Of a stretch of 64,000 nucleotides of DNA, positions 20,374 through 30,380 are shown piece by piece (positions within the stretch are counted from its first letter, which is position 1; every line of letters starts with the position of its first letter). The notes beneath the pieces were generated by a model, which was not told the DNA's origin, searched no databases, and saw only the letters and a list, made by a program, of their open reading frames with translations. This DNA comes from an uncultured Verrucomicrobiae bacterium. Its GTDB lineage: Bacteria > Verrucomicrobiota > Verrucomicrobiia > Chthoniobacterales > JAFAMB01. The stretch is taken from the NCBI GenBank assembly GCA_963813025.1, contig CAWEXO010000012.1:32001-96000 (forward strand), written 5' to 3'. Position numbers and translations under genes: made by a program.

Positions 20374-20910
20374 TTGCCAGCGAGGCTTGTGTCCGTCAAC
20401 ATTGGTTTGCCACGCGATATCACGTGGCACATCACAGTCGAAGTGCTCGAAAAAATTGGTGTGCCGCGCGAGGCCGCTTTCTATCTGTGCGGATCTGCCG
20501 CGTTCCTGCGCGATTTGACCGCTGGACTGGTGGCTTGGGGTGTTTCAGACGACCGGTTGCACACGGAGATTTTTGGGCCAGGCAAACCGATGACGCCCGG
20601 CGTCGTCAATCCATCGCCTGCGCCTCCGCACCCGCCGAAGGGACCTGTGGGTTCGGGCCCTCGAGTGTCGTTTGCGCGCAGCGGCCTCAATGTGTGCTGG
20701 AACGCAAAGTTTTCGAGCCTTCTCGATTTCGCGGAAGCCTGTGACGCGCCGGTCCGCTGGTCATGCCGTACGGGGGTTTGCCACACTTGCGAAAGCGGGT
20801 TGATCTCGGGCGATGTCGATTACCAGCCCGAACCGCTTGAGGCGCCCGCCGAGGGTAATCTGCTGATCTGTTGTTCGCAACCTAAGGGCGACGTGGTAAT
20901 CGATTTGTAA
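20374..20910 (+). pseudogene. Internally deleted MOSC-FAD/NAD-2Fe-2S oxidoreductase (ferredoxin end intact)
   Basis: MOSC N-terminus RLVSVNIGLPRDITW joined in frame to FYLCG...H.E.FG and 2Fe-2S motif WSCRTGVCHTC...LICC; about 180 aa versus roughly 580 in typical homologues. Confidence 0.75.
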
Positions 20911-20987
20911 GGCGGAAAATAGTGGATACGTGAACTAGTCAAAGGGCGGATTTGATCTTTGCCAAATGACACTGTATATAGTGCTCT

Positions 20988-21398
20988 ATGGCAAAACTGC
21001 TTGAGTTCAGCGGATCGGATATCAAGGACCATGTGAAGATGGCAACCCTGGTCGCTCATGGCATCCCAGCCCAGGTTGCTTTGGATCTGGCCAACCGCTT
21101 GGGGATTTCTCAAGAAAAGCTCTCTGAGCTGATTTACCTCCCAAAGCGCACTCTGCATCGAAGGATTGAGCAAGGCGAACGCCTTAAGCAGGACGAGTCA
21201 GAACGCGTTCTCAGGCTCCTCCGCTTGTACGCGCGTGCGACTGAAGTGTTTGAAGATGAGAAACGCGCAGCGAGATGGTTTTCTTCCCGACCGAAGGCTC
21301 TCGGGGGAAAGACTCCGCTTGAGTTCATGGAGACAGAGCCGGGCGCCCGATGGGTAGAGGACGTCCTGGGGCGGATCGAGCACGGCGTGTTCTCGTGA
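20988..21398 (+). CDS. Xre/MbcA/ParS antitoxin
   Basis: PKRTLHRR, L.QDESER, VFEDE..A.RWF, ALGGKTPL, LGRIEHGVFS. Confidence 0.92.
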   Translation: MAKLLEFSGSDIKDHVKMATLVAHGIPAQVALDLANRLGISQEKLSELIYLPKRTLHRRIEQGERLKQDESERVLRLLRLYARATEVFEDEKRAARWFSSRPKALGGKTPLEFMETEPGARWVEDVLGRIEHGVFS

Positions 21399-21862
21399 GG
21401 GCCTGGCGAATCTGCAAGAAAAAGTATGTCGGGACAGCGTTCAGCGGCGAGGGTGCATTTCGTTACGGCGGTAGATGGAACTCTCGTGGCGTGTCGGTTG
21501 TCTATCTGGGCGGCAACCCGTCGATTTGTGCTCTAGAGATAATTGTGAACACAGATGATTGGGAGGATCTATACCGGATACCCTATGTTTTGATTCCGGC
21601 GGATTTTGATGAGGCTCTGGTCAGCTCCGCAGACAAGTTGCCGGATGACTGGAAAAAGGATCCACCACCTCCATCTGCCGCCGCTATTGGCGACCAATGG
21701 GCTCGTTTGGGTAGGTCGGCTGTGCTGAAGGTCCCTAGCACAGTCATCGCTGCAGAGCACATTTATATCCTGAACCCGCTTCACAAGGACTTTGCTCGGA
21801 TCAAGATTGGTGAGCCTCAAACATTCGAGTTTGATTCGAGACTCGGGAAATTGTGGGCGTGA
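21395..21862 (+). CDS. RES domain toxin (NAD+ phosphorylase-type)
   Basis: AWRI, FSGEGA..GGRWNS.G, ALE, VPS, LNP.H; GTG start overlaps the antitoxin stop. Confidence 0.92.
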   Translation: MRAWRICKKKYVGTAFSGEGAFRYGGRWNSRGVSVVYLGGNPSICALEIIVNTDDWEDLYRIPYVLIPADFDEALVSSADKLPDDWKKDPPPPSAAAIGDQWARLGRSAVLKVPSTVIAAEHIYILNPLHKDFARIKIGEPQTFEFDSRLGKLWA

Positions 21863-21969
21863 CTCTTTAAAAGCGCTCCCGGGTTCGTTCGCTCAGGCGG
21901 GGATACTCGTCGCGGATAGCTCGTTCCGGATCGAATTGGCAAATTGAAAGAACGTACCGGCGAGGCCTC

Positions 21970-22536
21970 CTAGTTCGCCGCTGGAAGAGCCCAGGAAAAC
22001 ATCCGGCGAATCACGAGGCCAGGAATTTCAACTGGTCGCTCCTCGAGACGCACACCCGGACTGTGTTGATAACCTTCGACCAAACCGAGCCCCACCCGAT
22101 GTTCCCGAAGATGATCCAGCACCTGTTCGGTGTTTCCCATGATGAGACTGAGAGCCGCTGCCGGATGATTTTGATGGAAGCGAAGGAAAATCCTGGGAAC
22201 AAAATACCTCGCCAAAGTTGTGCTAGCTGCCAGAGTCACGATTCCCGTTACTTCCCGGCTCATATCCAGTTCGCCCAAGACTCGCTCGAGCTCGGCAAAG
22301 ACATGTTGCAGTCGATCTCGCAGACGGGCCCCGAGCGGAGTCAAAGTCACACCTCGGGCTGAACGACTGAAAAGGGTTGTTTCCAAATTGGCCTCCAATC
22401 TCCGGATGTGGCCGGTTACCGCTGGCTGCGAAAGATGAAGGCGCCGAGCGGCTTCGGAAATCTGGCCAACCTCAGCGACTACGAAAAAGGTCTGTAATAA
22501 AATCGGCGGTACACGGTTGAGGTCCACAGGTGTCAA
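21970..22536 (-). pseudogene. LysR family regulator (CysL-like), internally deleted
   Basis: HTH ISEAARRLHLSQPAVT intact; substrate-binding domain jumps from GLVEG..PGVRLE straight to VEIPGLVIRRMF; only 188 aa. Confidence 0.75.
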
Positions 22537-22979
22537 TTGTAGCTGAAATCTGCTTTCTCGATCGGCAATTTGGTGACCCCGTTGGGCCGCTGGATAATGA
22601 TGAAGGAGGCAGCGCCGCAGCGATTTGCCGGTCTTTCCAAATCGGCTTGCGCCCTTCCTCCGAGATACGAACTACTAGACAACAGAAGGAGAGCGACGGT
22701 CCATTCTTTGGCGTCCGAATCGCCGCACAAATCAAAAACTAGAACGAAGCGGAACGGCAAAACTCTTGGGAAATGAATTGCATTTCTGTGTTGCCTTCCG
22801 CTCTGCCCTCAGTACTTTCTTGGCCCGCTGCCTTAAAGAACCGAATTACAGGCGGCAGGTCAGATTTGGGGGTCTTTCTTGTGCTGTAATGCGACGCTAG
22901 TGACATCCAGGAAGATCTTAAAAAAAAGTTATGGATATATCTGAGGATGGGCTCCAATAGGTGTTCTTTGCGCGATTCT

Positions 22980-23069
22980 GGAAGGGTGGCTGAGCGGTTG
23001 AAGGCACCTGACTCGAAATCAGACGTACGCGCAAGCGTACCGTGGGTTCGAATCCCACCCCTTCCGCCA
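22980..23069 (+). tRNA. tRNA-Ser(CGA)
   Basis: GGAAGGG...CCCTTCC acceptor stem, G discriminator + CCA, anticodon loop CT-CGA-AA, long variable arm GTACGCGCAAGCGTAC, T loop GTTCGAATC. Confidence 0.96.
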
Positions 23070-23178
23070 CGGAATCAAGGACTTAGGTGAGAGCCAATAA
23101 CAGAAGACAAAAAGGCAAGAGAATTTTAGTCGAGTTATAGTCGAGTTATTTTGTTCGCTCTGCGCCGTCGCGTCTTCT

Positions 23179-23373
23179 TTAACTGGTTACGTTCCGAGGA
23201 TCGATACCGAGGTCTTTGCAGATACCGCGCGCAGTGAACTTCTTTATTTCGTTATGCCTTGGCACCGAAGCCGACGCGCCGTGGGGGCTTTCCCAAATTG
23301 CGTGTTTGCCAGCGTCGCGAACTTTCTTGCACCCGTGGTCGCGTAAGAGTGCTTCCAGCTTCTGCCGCTTCAC
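23179..23373 (-). CDS. hicA: HicA family toxin
   Basis: MKRQKLEALLRDHGC...GKHAIW...VPRHNEI...ICKDLGI. Confidence 0.9.
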   Translation of the reverse strand: MKRQKLEALLRDHGCKKVRDAGKHAIWESPHGASASVPRHNEIKKFTARGICKDLGIDPRNVTS

Positions 23374-23585
23374 TCTACTAAGGCAAGATCGAGCTCGAGC
23401 GAATTGGGACGAGAGGCCAGTTCTCTTTCCGCGCGATAAGTCAAGAGCTCTTTGAGAGCGTCAAGAACATTTTCGGCAGTCTCTTGGGCGGTCTCGCCTT
23501 GAGAATGCACGCCCGGAATTTGCTTCACATAGGCGTGAAAGCCGCCTTCTTCGCAAGGCTCAAAAACGATGGTCAGTTTGTCCAT
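23370..23585 (-). CDS. hicB: HicB family antitoxin (short)
   Basis: EPCEEGGFHAYV..IPGVHSQGET..E..EN..DAL; overlaps the hicA start. Confidence 0.9.
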   Translation of the reverse strand: MDKLTIVFEPCEEGGFHAYVKQIPGVHSQGETAQETAENVLDALKELLTYRAERELASRPNSLELDLALVE

Positions 23586-24674
23586 TTGTGTTGTCGCTTA
23601 ACGATAGCAGCGGCGTGACATTTTCGCTATTTTGTTTTGCCTGCTTCGGCGAAGGTTTTGACCTCGCCTTACAGGCGCGTTTGATCTGCCGGGGCGCTGT
23701 CATGACCTTGGCGCAGGCTCGAAAAATCCGGAAGATTTTTTGGGAATTTTCTCCGAGCATCGTGGCGCGAGTGGCCGACGGCTTCTTGCGCCGGCCGGAG
23801 CGTGGCCCGGAATGGGCGCACACATTCGCCCTCGGCTTTTCGACGAATCATCGTTTGCGGCAGGGCTCCGGAAACGCAAAATGGAAAAAAGTGCCGCGGC
23901 AGGAGGCCCGCCGTCGCTCCGCTCCGTCACGCCTTCTGCTGCGAATATGAGTTGGACGAGCTTCGCTTATAGCAGCCTGAAGGAGGACAGAAAAATGGTG
24001 CCACCTCGCTCCCGCTTTGAACGTCGGCGATTTAGTTGCTAGCGCGTGCGTCTGCCATGTGTGCAGCACACCCTGAGTGGGATCACGAACACCAAGTTGA
24101 GGTTCTTCAGTTGGCCATGTTTCGGGGGTCGATGCCAAGAGCGTTACAGATCTTGCGCGCGGTAAACTTCCGCCGATTTCGCGTTGGAGAACTTCACCTG
24201 CGAAACCGGCAGTTCCGGCAGGCCCCAGATGATCCCCGCGCTCGGCGAACCGGTGAAAGATTCGGTGGAGTGGCGGTTGTCGGATCGGCCCTGGGATGGC
24301 TTACTTCTCGCTCCGTCCTGCGCATGGCAGAAATCGGAGCTATTCCCGAACGAGGGAAGGCAAAGGTAAGAATTACAATGGTTCTCGAGGAGTTGAAAAG
24401 CCGAGAGCGCGGCCCATGGCACTAAAGAACGAACCCAATCCCTGTTGTTTATACGGTTGTCGTGGGGGGCGATGGTCCCTTGGCTCTGAAGATTTCGGAC
24501 GTAATCCGGTCGACCTTCCAGGCCTCTTTTGAACGGCCTTAGGTGCTTCTTTGCCCCGCCTGAGCCAGCGTCCCGTCTTCGGCCTGGTGAACTCATGCCG
24601 CTCGCGATCAACGTCGACGGCCGCGAAGAAGCGAAAAAGCTGGTCGAGTGTCTCGATCACAAATTGAGCGACGT

Positions 24675-25061
24675 TTATTGCACAGAGATCTTGCGAGGCT
24701 TCACGGTTTCAGCTTTTGGCAGTCTAACGGTCAAAACGCCATCGTCGATTTTCGCGCTGACTTTCGTAGTATCGATCGATGGATCGAGTTCGTAGACGCG
24801 CCGGAAATCGTGCGGCTCGATCTCCCGATAGATCAACTCAGCAGTAAACTCGGTCGGCTTCCGACGACCCAGAATCATCAACTCGCCCTTGTCGACGGTG
24901 ATTTCGAGGTCACCTTTCTCGACACCCGGCATTTCCGCTCGGATAACATAGCCATCATCTGTAGATTCTATATCCACCAGCGGGGTCACGTAGCCCACCG
25001 GGCGATTTTCCTCATTCAGAACCATTGCTTGTTCCTTTGGAGGTTGGGAAGGAATATTCAT
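24675..25061 (-). CDS. Hsp20/alpha-crystallin small heat shock protein
   Basis: PLVDIES, AEMPGV, FRRVYEL, AKIDDGVLTVRLPK. Confidence 0.92.
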   Translation of the reverse strand: MNIPSQPPKEQAMVLNEENRPVGYVTPLVDIESTDDGYVIRAEMPGVEKGDLEITVDKGELMILGRRKPTEFTAELIYREIEPHDFRRVYELDPSIDTTKVSAKIDDGVLTVRLPKAETVKPRKISVQ

Positions 25062-25115
25062 TGTTTTTTCCAGGTTCCGGCACCTACGCGCTGAGCGCCA
25101 CGGCACCAAGCATTT

Positions 25116-25568
25116 TCATTTGAGGGCGACTTCGATCTGTTTTGGTTTTGCTTCCTCCGCTTTCGGTAGCACAACCTGCAAAAGGCCGTCTCTATAACTG
25201 GCTTTCACCTTGTCGGCATCAACGGCATTTGGCAGCGTCAAGCTGCGCTGGTATTTGCCGTAGAATCTTTCGGTAATTAATCCTTGCTCGCTGGATCCTT
25301 CGCGTTTGCGTTCGCCCGAGATGGTGAGCGTGTCGTCGTGCAGCGAGATCTCGATCTCCTCCTTCTTAAGACCAGGAAGCTCCGCGACTACGATGAATTG
25401 ATCTTTGTCTTGGTAAACGTTAACCGCGGGATTCCAACGGCTCAACGAAGCGGGTGATCGAAAGGTTGAGTCATACATGCGATCCATTTCCTCCCGCATA
25501 CTGGCAATTCGATCGAGGGCAGCAGATAGATCGCTTTGGGGATAACGCAGATAACGGACGATGTTCAT
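25116..25568 (-). CDS. Hsp20/alpha-crystallin small heat shock protein
   Basis: WNPAVNVY, AELPGL, ERFYGKYQRSLTLP, ASYRDGLLQVVLPK. Confidence 0.93.
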   Translation of the reverse strand: MNIVRYLRYPQSDLSAALDRIASMREEMDRMYDSTFRSPASLSRWNPAVNVYQDKDQFIVVAELPGLKKEEIEISLHDDTLTISGERKREGSSEQGLITERFYGKYQRSLTLPNAVDADKVKASYRDGLLQVVLPKAEEAKPKQIEVALK

Positions 25569-25734
25569 AGGTTTAGTCTTCCTTTTCGCATACTCCTTCC
25601 GGAATCTAGCCCAGTTCATCGGCTTTTCCCATACCCGTTTCGACGGCTTATAGTTGGCTTTGGGTATGGCCATGGCTGCCACGAAGAACGAAACACAGAG
25701 CTTCGCGAAAATGTTAGGTCGAAACCAAAAGGAC

Positions 25735-25791
25735 TCTTCTAAACAGTGCGGATTAGACAGAAGTTATTTTGGTGGAGTTGAACGCGGCGAA
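25735..25791 (+). pseudogene. XRE-family HTH fragment
   Basis: CGLDRSYFGGVERGER is a classic XRE recognition-helix sequence; no start or end. Confidence 0.6.
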
Positions 25792-26682
25792 CGCTGCCGC
25801 CGAGGAGTTGAACTTCACCCACGCCGCGGATCGGCTGCACGTTTCTCAGCCGCCATTCAGCAAGCAAATTCACGACCTGGAAGGCGAACTCGGGATAGAA
25901 TTGTTCGAGAGACGGCGCAAAGGAGTCGCGCTCACGCCGGCAGGTAAGTCGTTCCTGATCGACGCCCGGCGGATCCTCGAAGATTGCGATGCCTCGATCA
26001 GAAAAGCCCAGCGGATCAGCCGCGGCGAGATTGGGGAATTGGCCATCGGTTATATCTCTGCGCTGACGCACGATTTTTTGGGTAAGGCACTGGAAATCTG
26101 GCGGCTAACTTCGCCCGGGAATCGTCGTCGATTGCATCGAGATGGATTCCGTATCGCAGGAGAGGGCGCTGCTTGAGGGGCGCATCTCCGTGGGTATACT
26201 TGTGCCGAGCGATCGGCCGGTGTTGGAGTTGTTACACGTCCGGTTTTTGATTAAATACCCGGTGAGCCTGGCGCTGCCGAAGTCCCACCCTCATGCAAAC
26301 AAGCCGCGAGATTCCTTTAGCGCTCCTGAAAGAGGAACCTTTTATCGGGCTAAATCGTATGTACCCGAATTACGGCGATTGGCTCTTGAAAGTTTGCCGG
26401 CGCGTGGGTTTCAAGCCGCGAATCGTCAAGGAAGCGGACGGTGCCGCTAGCGCGCTCGCCTTTGTAGCGGCGGGGTTTGGGGTGGCGGTGGTCAGCGAGC
26501 CGCTGCAGAAGATACCCGCCAAGGATGTGATTTTCCGCGATCTGGCTCCCGAGGACAGCGCGTGGGTGCCTGTGGGGGCCGCCTGGAAGCCGGACGCAGT
26601 ATCCGCTCCAGTCGTTTCTCGATTCGTCGACATCCTGGCTCAAACCTGTGCCGGCGGAAACGGGGAGAGTCAAGCCCGCTAA
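25792..26682 (+). pseudogene. LysR family regulator (HcaR/AlsR-like), 5'-truncated with two frameshifts
   Basis: AAEELNFTHAADRLHVSQPPFS...LTPAGK; continues in other frames (MDSVSQERALLEGRI; REIPLALLKEEPFI...FVAAGFGVAVV). Confidence 0.8.
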
Positions 26683-26956
26683 GGCCGACGCGAAGAACGC
26701 AAACGAGCGGAAATGGTGCACGAAGGGGCATACTCAGCGTCATCCAAACCGACTGAAAGGACTTATCGAAGAAGCAGGCACCGGAGCTTATTCCGGCACC
26801 GTTGTGGCAGCCACAACGCGTTCCATCGCGTCGTCCGCTGCCTTTTCAAGATTGCTTCTTTTATCCGAACTGCTTTGGGGAGGACTGCGCCACGAAGACC
26901 GAGACAGGCCTTGTCTCTGTACTTCTTAGCATGCGCTGCCAGCTGGTTACAGCTTC

Positions 26957-27835
26957 TCAGGTGCCCGCCTCGGACGCAGATTGTTTTTCAGATTGGGCTG
27001 TACTAGGATAATTCGAAATCGGAGCGGTGGTATACTGGGGAGAATTACGTTGTCCGGTGGTAGGCTGCATCGAAAGCTCCATCTTGTTCATTACTGCTCC
27101 GCCGAAAATGGTCGCGAACGAGGTGTCCGCAGCATCTCTGCCCTGGCCAATGCGCACGAAGCTCGACTGCGGAGCAAGGCGAGTCGGGTCGAACAGAATC
27201 CAACGATTCCCGAGAAAAGCTTCGATATAGGCGTGAAAATCCGGTGGATTCAGGCCGTAGGCATACGCGCTCACGAATCGGGCTGGGATTCCTAATGACC
27301 GACAAAAGGCTATTGCGAGATGCGCGAAATCGCGGCAGACGCCGGCTAGTTGCGTAGCGGTGTCGAAAGCTGACGTGGTGGGCGTGGTTATCCCGAACAG
27401 ATACTCAACTCGTTCGAAGATCCAATTACATATCCGTGTAACTCGGTAGAAACCAAACTCGTCCTGGTTGAACTCACGTTTCGCGAGCCGGGCGAGTAAA
27501 TCTGACTGACAGAAACGGCTCGGGTAAATGAAAACCATGGCTTCAGCAGGAATTTGTTCGAAGAGCGGCACCTGAAGCCGGGAAGGATCTCCGAGCAATT
27601 CATGGGTGGCGTCCACCACTGCTTCGTAGGTTAGCTCAACCGGACCACGTTGCGCAGTTGTCCGGTGATAGCGCTGGCCGCCTATTAGCATTTCCTGACA
27701 GGACTCTGCCCCTGCCACCTCGAGATGTTCGGTAATGATGCGCTGAAACGAATTTTGGGCGACCGCAACGTTAAATAGGAAGGAGGCTGGTTCAGCGACT
27801 TCGTAGCCGAGATGACACTTGATTTGGAACTCCAT
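26957..27835 (-). CDS. Transglutaminase-like family protein
   Basis: YPSRFCQSD, GVCRDFAH (Cys), DFHAYIE (His), FDPT (Asp), GRDAAD. Confidence 0.92.
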   Translation of the reverse strand: MEFQIKCHLGYEVAEPASFLFNVAVAQNSFQRIITEHLEVAGAESCQEMLIGGQRYHRTTAQRGPVELTYEAVVDATHELLGDPSRLQVPLFEQIPAEAMVFIYPSRFCQSDLLARLAKREFNQDEFGFYRVTRICNWIFERVEYLFGITTPTTSAFDTATQLAGVCRDFAHLAIAFCRSLGIPARFVSAYAYGLNPPDFHAYIEAFLGNRWILFDPTRLAPQSSFVRIGQGRDAADTSFATIFGGAVMNKMELSMQPTTGQRNSPQYTTAPISNYPSTAQSEKQSASEAGT

Positions 27836-27858
27836 GGGACCACTTACTACAAATCACG

Positions 27859-28002
27859 AGACCGTGCCATTCTCCCAGCGAGTGGCACTCTTCTTCGTAC
27901 AGCCAGACATAAAAACAAGCCCGACGATCGGACGGTTGCGTTTCGTTGGATCTGGATTGTAAATATCGGTTTTCTCTCTCCCGTCAGTCGTGTTCGGCTC
28001 GC
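27859..28002 (-). pseudogene. Internal fragment of a DUF2147 gene paralogous to 32732-33178
   Basis: Clear nucleotide similarity to about 32860-33003 (gaccgtgccattctcccagcgagtggc...aaaaacaagccc...gtaaatatcg). Confidence 0.8.
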
Positions 28003-28324
28003 AGCCGCGGTCATACCCAAAGCCAACTGTAACCCGTCGAGAAAAGTATAGGAGAAGCCAGCCGGCTCGGGCTAGGTTCCTCAGGGCAGTTATTGCAAAG
28101 GAACTGTCAAGATGTATGAACGTTTTCTCAGGATAGCCGCTAGTGCCGCCGACCCATTTTCAACGCAACCCGTTGGGCCGCGGCCAGTTGGCTGTTACGG
28201 TGCACTAGTTTGATTGTGGTGATAACATTCCAATTATTTGTGGCCTCCGCAGAGGTAAGAGGATTCGGACATTTCGCTCATCTTCGAGGTCTCCGCTTCC
28301 GGTCCCCAAAATCCTAACTACGTC

Positions 28325-29431
28325 ATGTTCTCACGAATCCCTTTCGAGAAAGTCAACTGGCCAACCAGTTCGTTTCTCATCGGCACCTTGTTTCTGTCGC
28401 TCACCGCGGTGCCAGCATATCTCTGGTTCTTTGGGATCGATTGGTTCCAAATCGCGCTCTTCTTTGTGATGTTCTGCGCCTGTGGATTTTCCATCACGCT
28501 CGGCTATCACCGACTCTATTCGCACCTGACTTTCCAAGCGCACTGGGTTGTGCGGCTCCTCACGTTGATCTTCGGCGCCGGAGCCTTCGAGAACTCCGTG
28601 CTCCTCTGGGCCTGCGAACACCGCAGCCACCACAAGCATGTCGATCACGATGAAGACCCTTACTGCATCTCCAAGGGATTCTTTCACGCCCATATGGGCT
28701 GGCTGATGTTCAAGCTCAACCCGCTCCCGCCTTTCGATAACGTAGTCGACCTGCAGAAGGATCCGCTCGTCGCGTGGCAGCACCGCTACATCCACTGGAT
28801 CGCGGCGTTCGTCGCCTTTGGTTTCCCGGCGATCCTCGGCTTCATCTGGGGCGGCTGGATTTCAGCCCTCGGTGCGTTCCTCATTGCGGGGGTGGCGCGC
28901 GTCGTCGTTCTGCAGCACTGTACTTTTTGCATCAATTCGCTCTGCCACTACCTTGGCACGCGACCGTACTCCTCTAAATGCAGCGCCCGCGACTCGTGGC
29001 TTATGGCAATCGTTACTTTGGGCGAGGGCTACCATAACTATCATCACGAATTTCAGCACGACTATCGCAATGGCGTGAAGCCGTGGCAGATCGACCCGAC
29101 GAAGTGGATCATTTGGACCCTTTCCAAGCTCGGCCTCACTAGAAAGCTGCGCCGTGTTCCAGCGGAGAAGATCGTCCTTGCGGAGCTGGCCGAAGCGCAG
29201 CGCCAGCTTGAGCGGAAGCTCGCCAGTCCCGGACTGCCCGACGCGGCCTCCGCTTACGTCGCGAGTGCTTACCAGCGTCTGCAGAGAACCGCGCAGCAGT
29301 GGACACGGCGCAAGGCCGAACAGTTGGAAGTTCGCCGCGAAATGCTCGTCGAGCTTCGCAACGAAATCCGCGACGCGACGAGCACCCTTCGGCTGAACAA
29401 TCGCCGCTTCTCAATGTCTAAATTTTCATGA
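28325..29431 (+). CDS. Delta-9 acyl-CoA-type fatty acid desaturase
   Basis: His boxes [23 protein letters not shown]. Confidence 0.93.
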   Translation: MFSRIPFEKVNWPTSSFLIGTLFLSLTAVPAYLWFFGIDWFQIALFFVMFCACGFSITLGYHRLYSHLTFQAHWVVRLLTLIFGAGAFENSVLLWACEHRSHHKHVDHDEDPYCISKGFFHAHMGWLMFKLNPLPPFDNVVDLQKDPLVAWQHRYIHWIAAFVAFGFPAILGFIWGGWISALGAFLIAGVARVVVLQHCTFCINSLCHYLGTRPYSSKCSARDSWLMAIVTLGEGYHNYHHEFQHDYRNGVKPWQIDPTKWIIWTLSKLGLTRKLRRVPAEKIVLAELAEAQRQLERKLASPGLPDAASAYVASAYQRLQRTAQQWTRRKAEQLEVRREMLVELRNEIRDATSTLRLNNRRFSMSKFS

Positions 29432-29574
29432 ACAAGCTTCAAATCAGAGGCTCGTGGAACGAGTTGAAGGGTAAGCTTAGACAGCGCTACGGGAAGTTTC
29501 CGCAAGGTAAGGCAGATGAACTGTGGGGACGGCTTCAAAAGACGCTCGGGAAGTGGACGAGGTTCGGTAGATGA
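29428..29574 (+). pseudogene. CsbD-like protein, degenerate (internal deletion, altered C-terminus)
   Basis: [42 protein letters not shown]; the LTDDDL segment is missing; not in the ORF track. Confidence 0.7.
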
Positions 29575-29605
29575 TCGAGAAATTGTAACGCCTAATTCAA
29601 AGTTG

Positions 29606-29635
29606 AAAAAGGGGAGTCTCGTTGGCTCCCCTTTT
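29606..29635. terminator. Bidirectional intrinsic terminator
   Basis: aaaaaGGGGAG-tctcgttgg-CTCCCCtttt between convergent genes. Confidence 0.8.
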
Positions 29636-29761
29636 GTTTAAAGAACCGGCCTGGGCTGTCTCTTTTAACCCAATTTACTGCGTGTATTTTTACCCGTTTG
29701 GTGTAGGGAGCCCAACAGGCCGCCGGCTCCTTTTTGAGGCTTCGGGTCGGATGCTACGATG

Positions 29762-30025
29762 CTAAGCAAGAAAGTAGATATCCGGCTTATCAACCACTCC
29801 GGCCTTCTGCATTGCTCCGCGTAGATCGGATGAGCGGGCAAACACTTGTGCCTCGTGGAGGTTTTCTGCTTTAAACAAAAGCACTACCTCGTCCGGGTTG
29901 TCGATATTTCGTAGCAGATGCTCTTCTTCAAGACCTGCTTTTTGACGGGTCGCTAAATGGGCATCATACTCAGCTTTCCAATTGGAAAAGTCGGCAACTT
30001 TGTGGCGTACGAGAAGATATGTCAT
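29762..30025 (-). CDS. Small dimeric alpha/beta-barrel (ABM/cyclase-like) protein
   Basis: MTYLLVRHKVADFSNWKAEYD...DNPDEV...LRGAMQKAGVVDKPDIYFL, 87 aa with RBS-like upstream sequence. Confidence 0.75.
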   Translation of the reverse strand: MTYLLVRHKVADFSNWKAEYDAHLATRQKAGLEEEHLLRNIDNPDEVVLLFKAENLHEAQVFARSSDLRGAMQKAGVVDKPDIYFLA

Positions 30026-30380
30026 GGCTTTGTATTTCGTTTCAGTTGGAGATCCGATAAGATGGGGCTGGTTAAAAGTGAAACTCGAAACCTGAGGAAG
30101 GCATCCCATGTTCAAAGAATCCGCAAAACTGCTCGTTTGGCTAATCCCCGCCCTAAAGCTCTCACAAATAGGAACGCCATTATCTGTAGCGTAGCCCCAT
30201 TGGGAAACTCGGCTTTTTACTCCAAATGCGAATTCCTCCCCGGGTCGCGTAATCGGCTTCAGATCGCGGAACACTTCCGCGGCCTTCGGCCGTTTCGGTT
30301 CCCGGGATTTCGATCGGCGTGGATTTGACCCTAGGCCACTTGAGCAGCTTTTGAGAGAACCGCGTAGAATCGAAATTCTA

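Noticed and set aside
22980..24670. Prophage or ICE integrated at tRNA-Ser
   Set aside because: No integrase, phage structural or conjugation genes recognised; ORFs at 23.6-24.6 kb have no identifiable motif.
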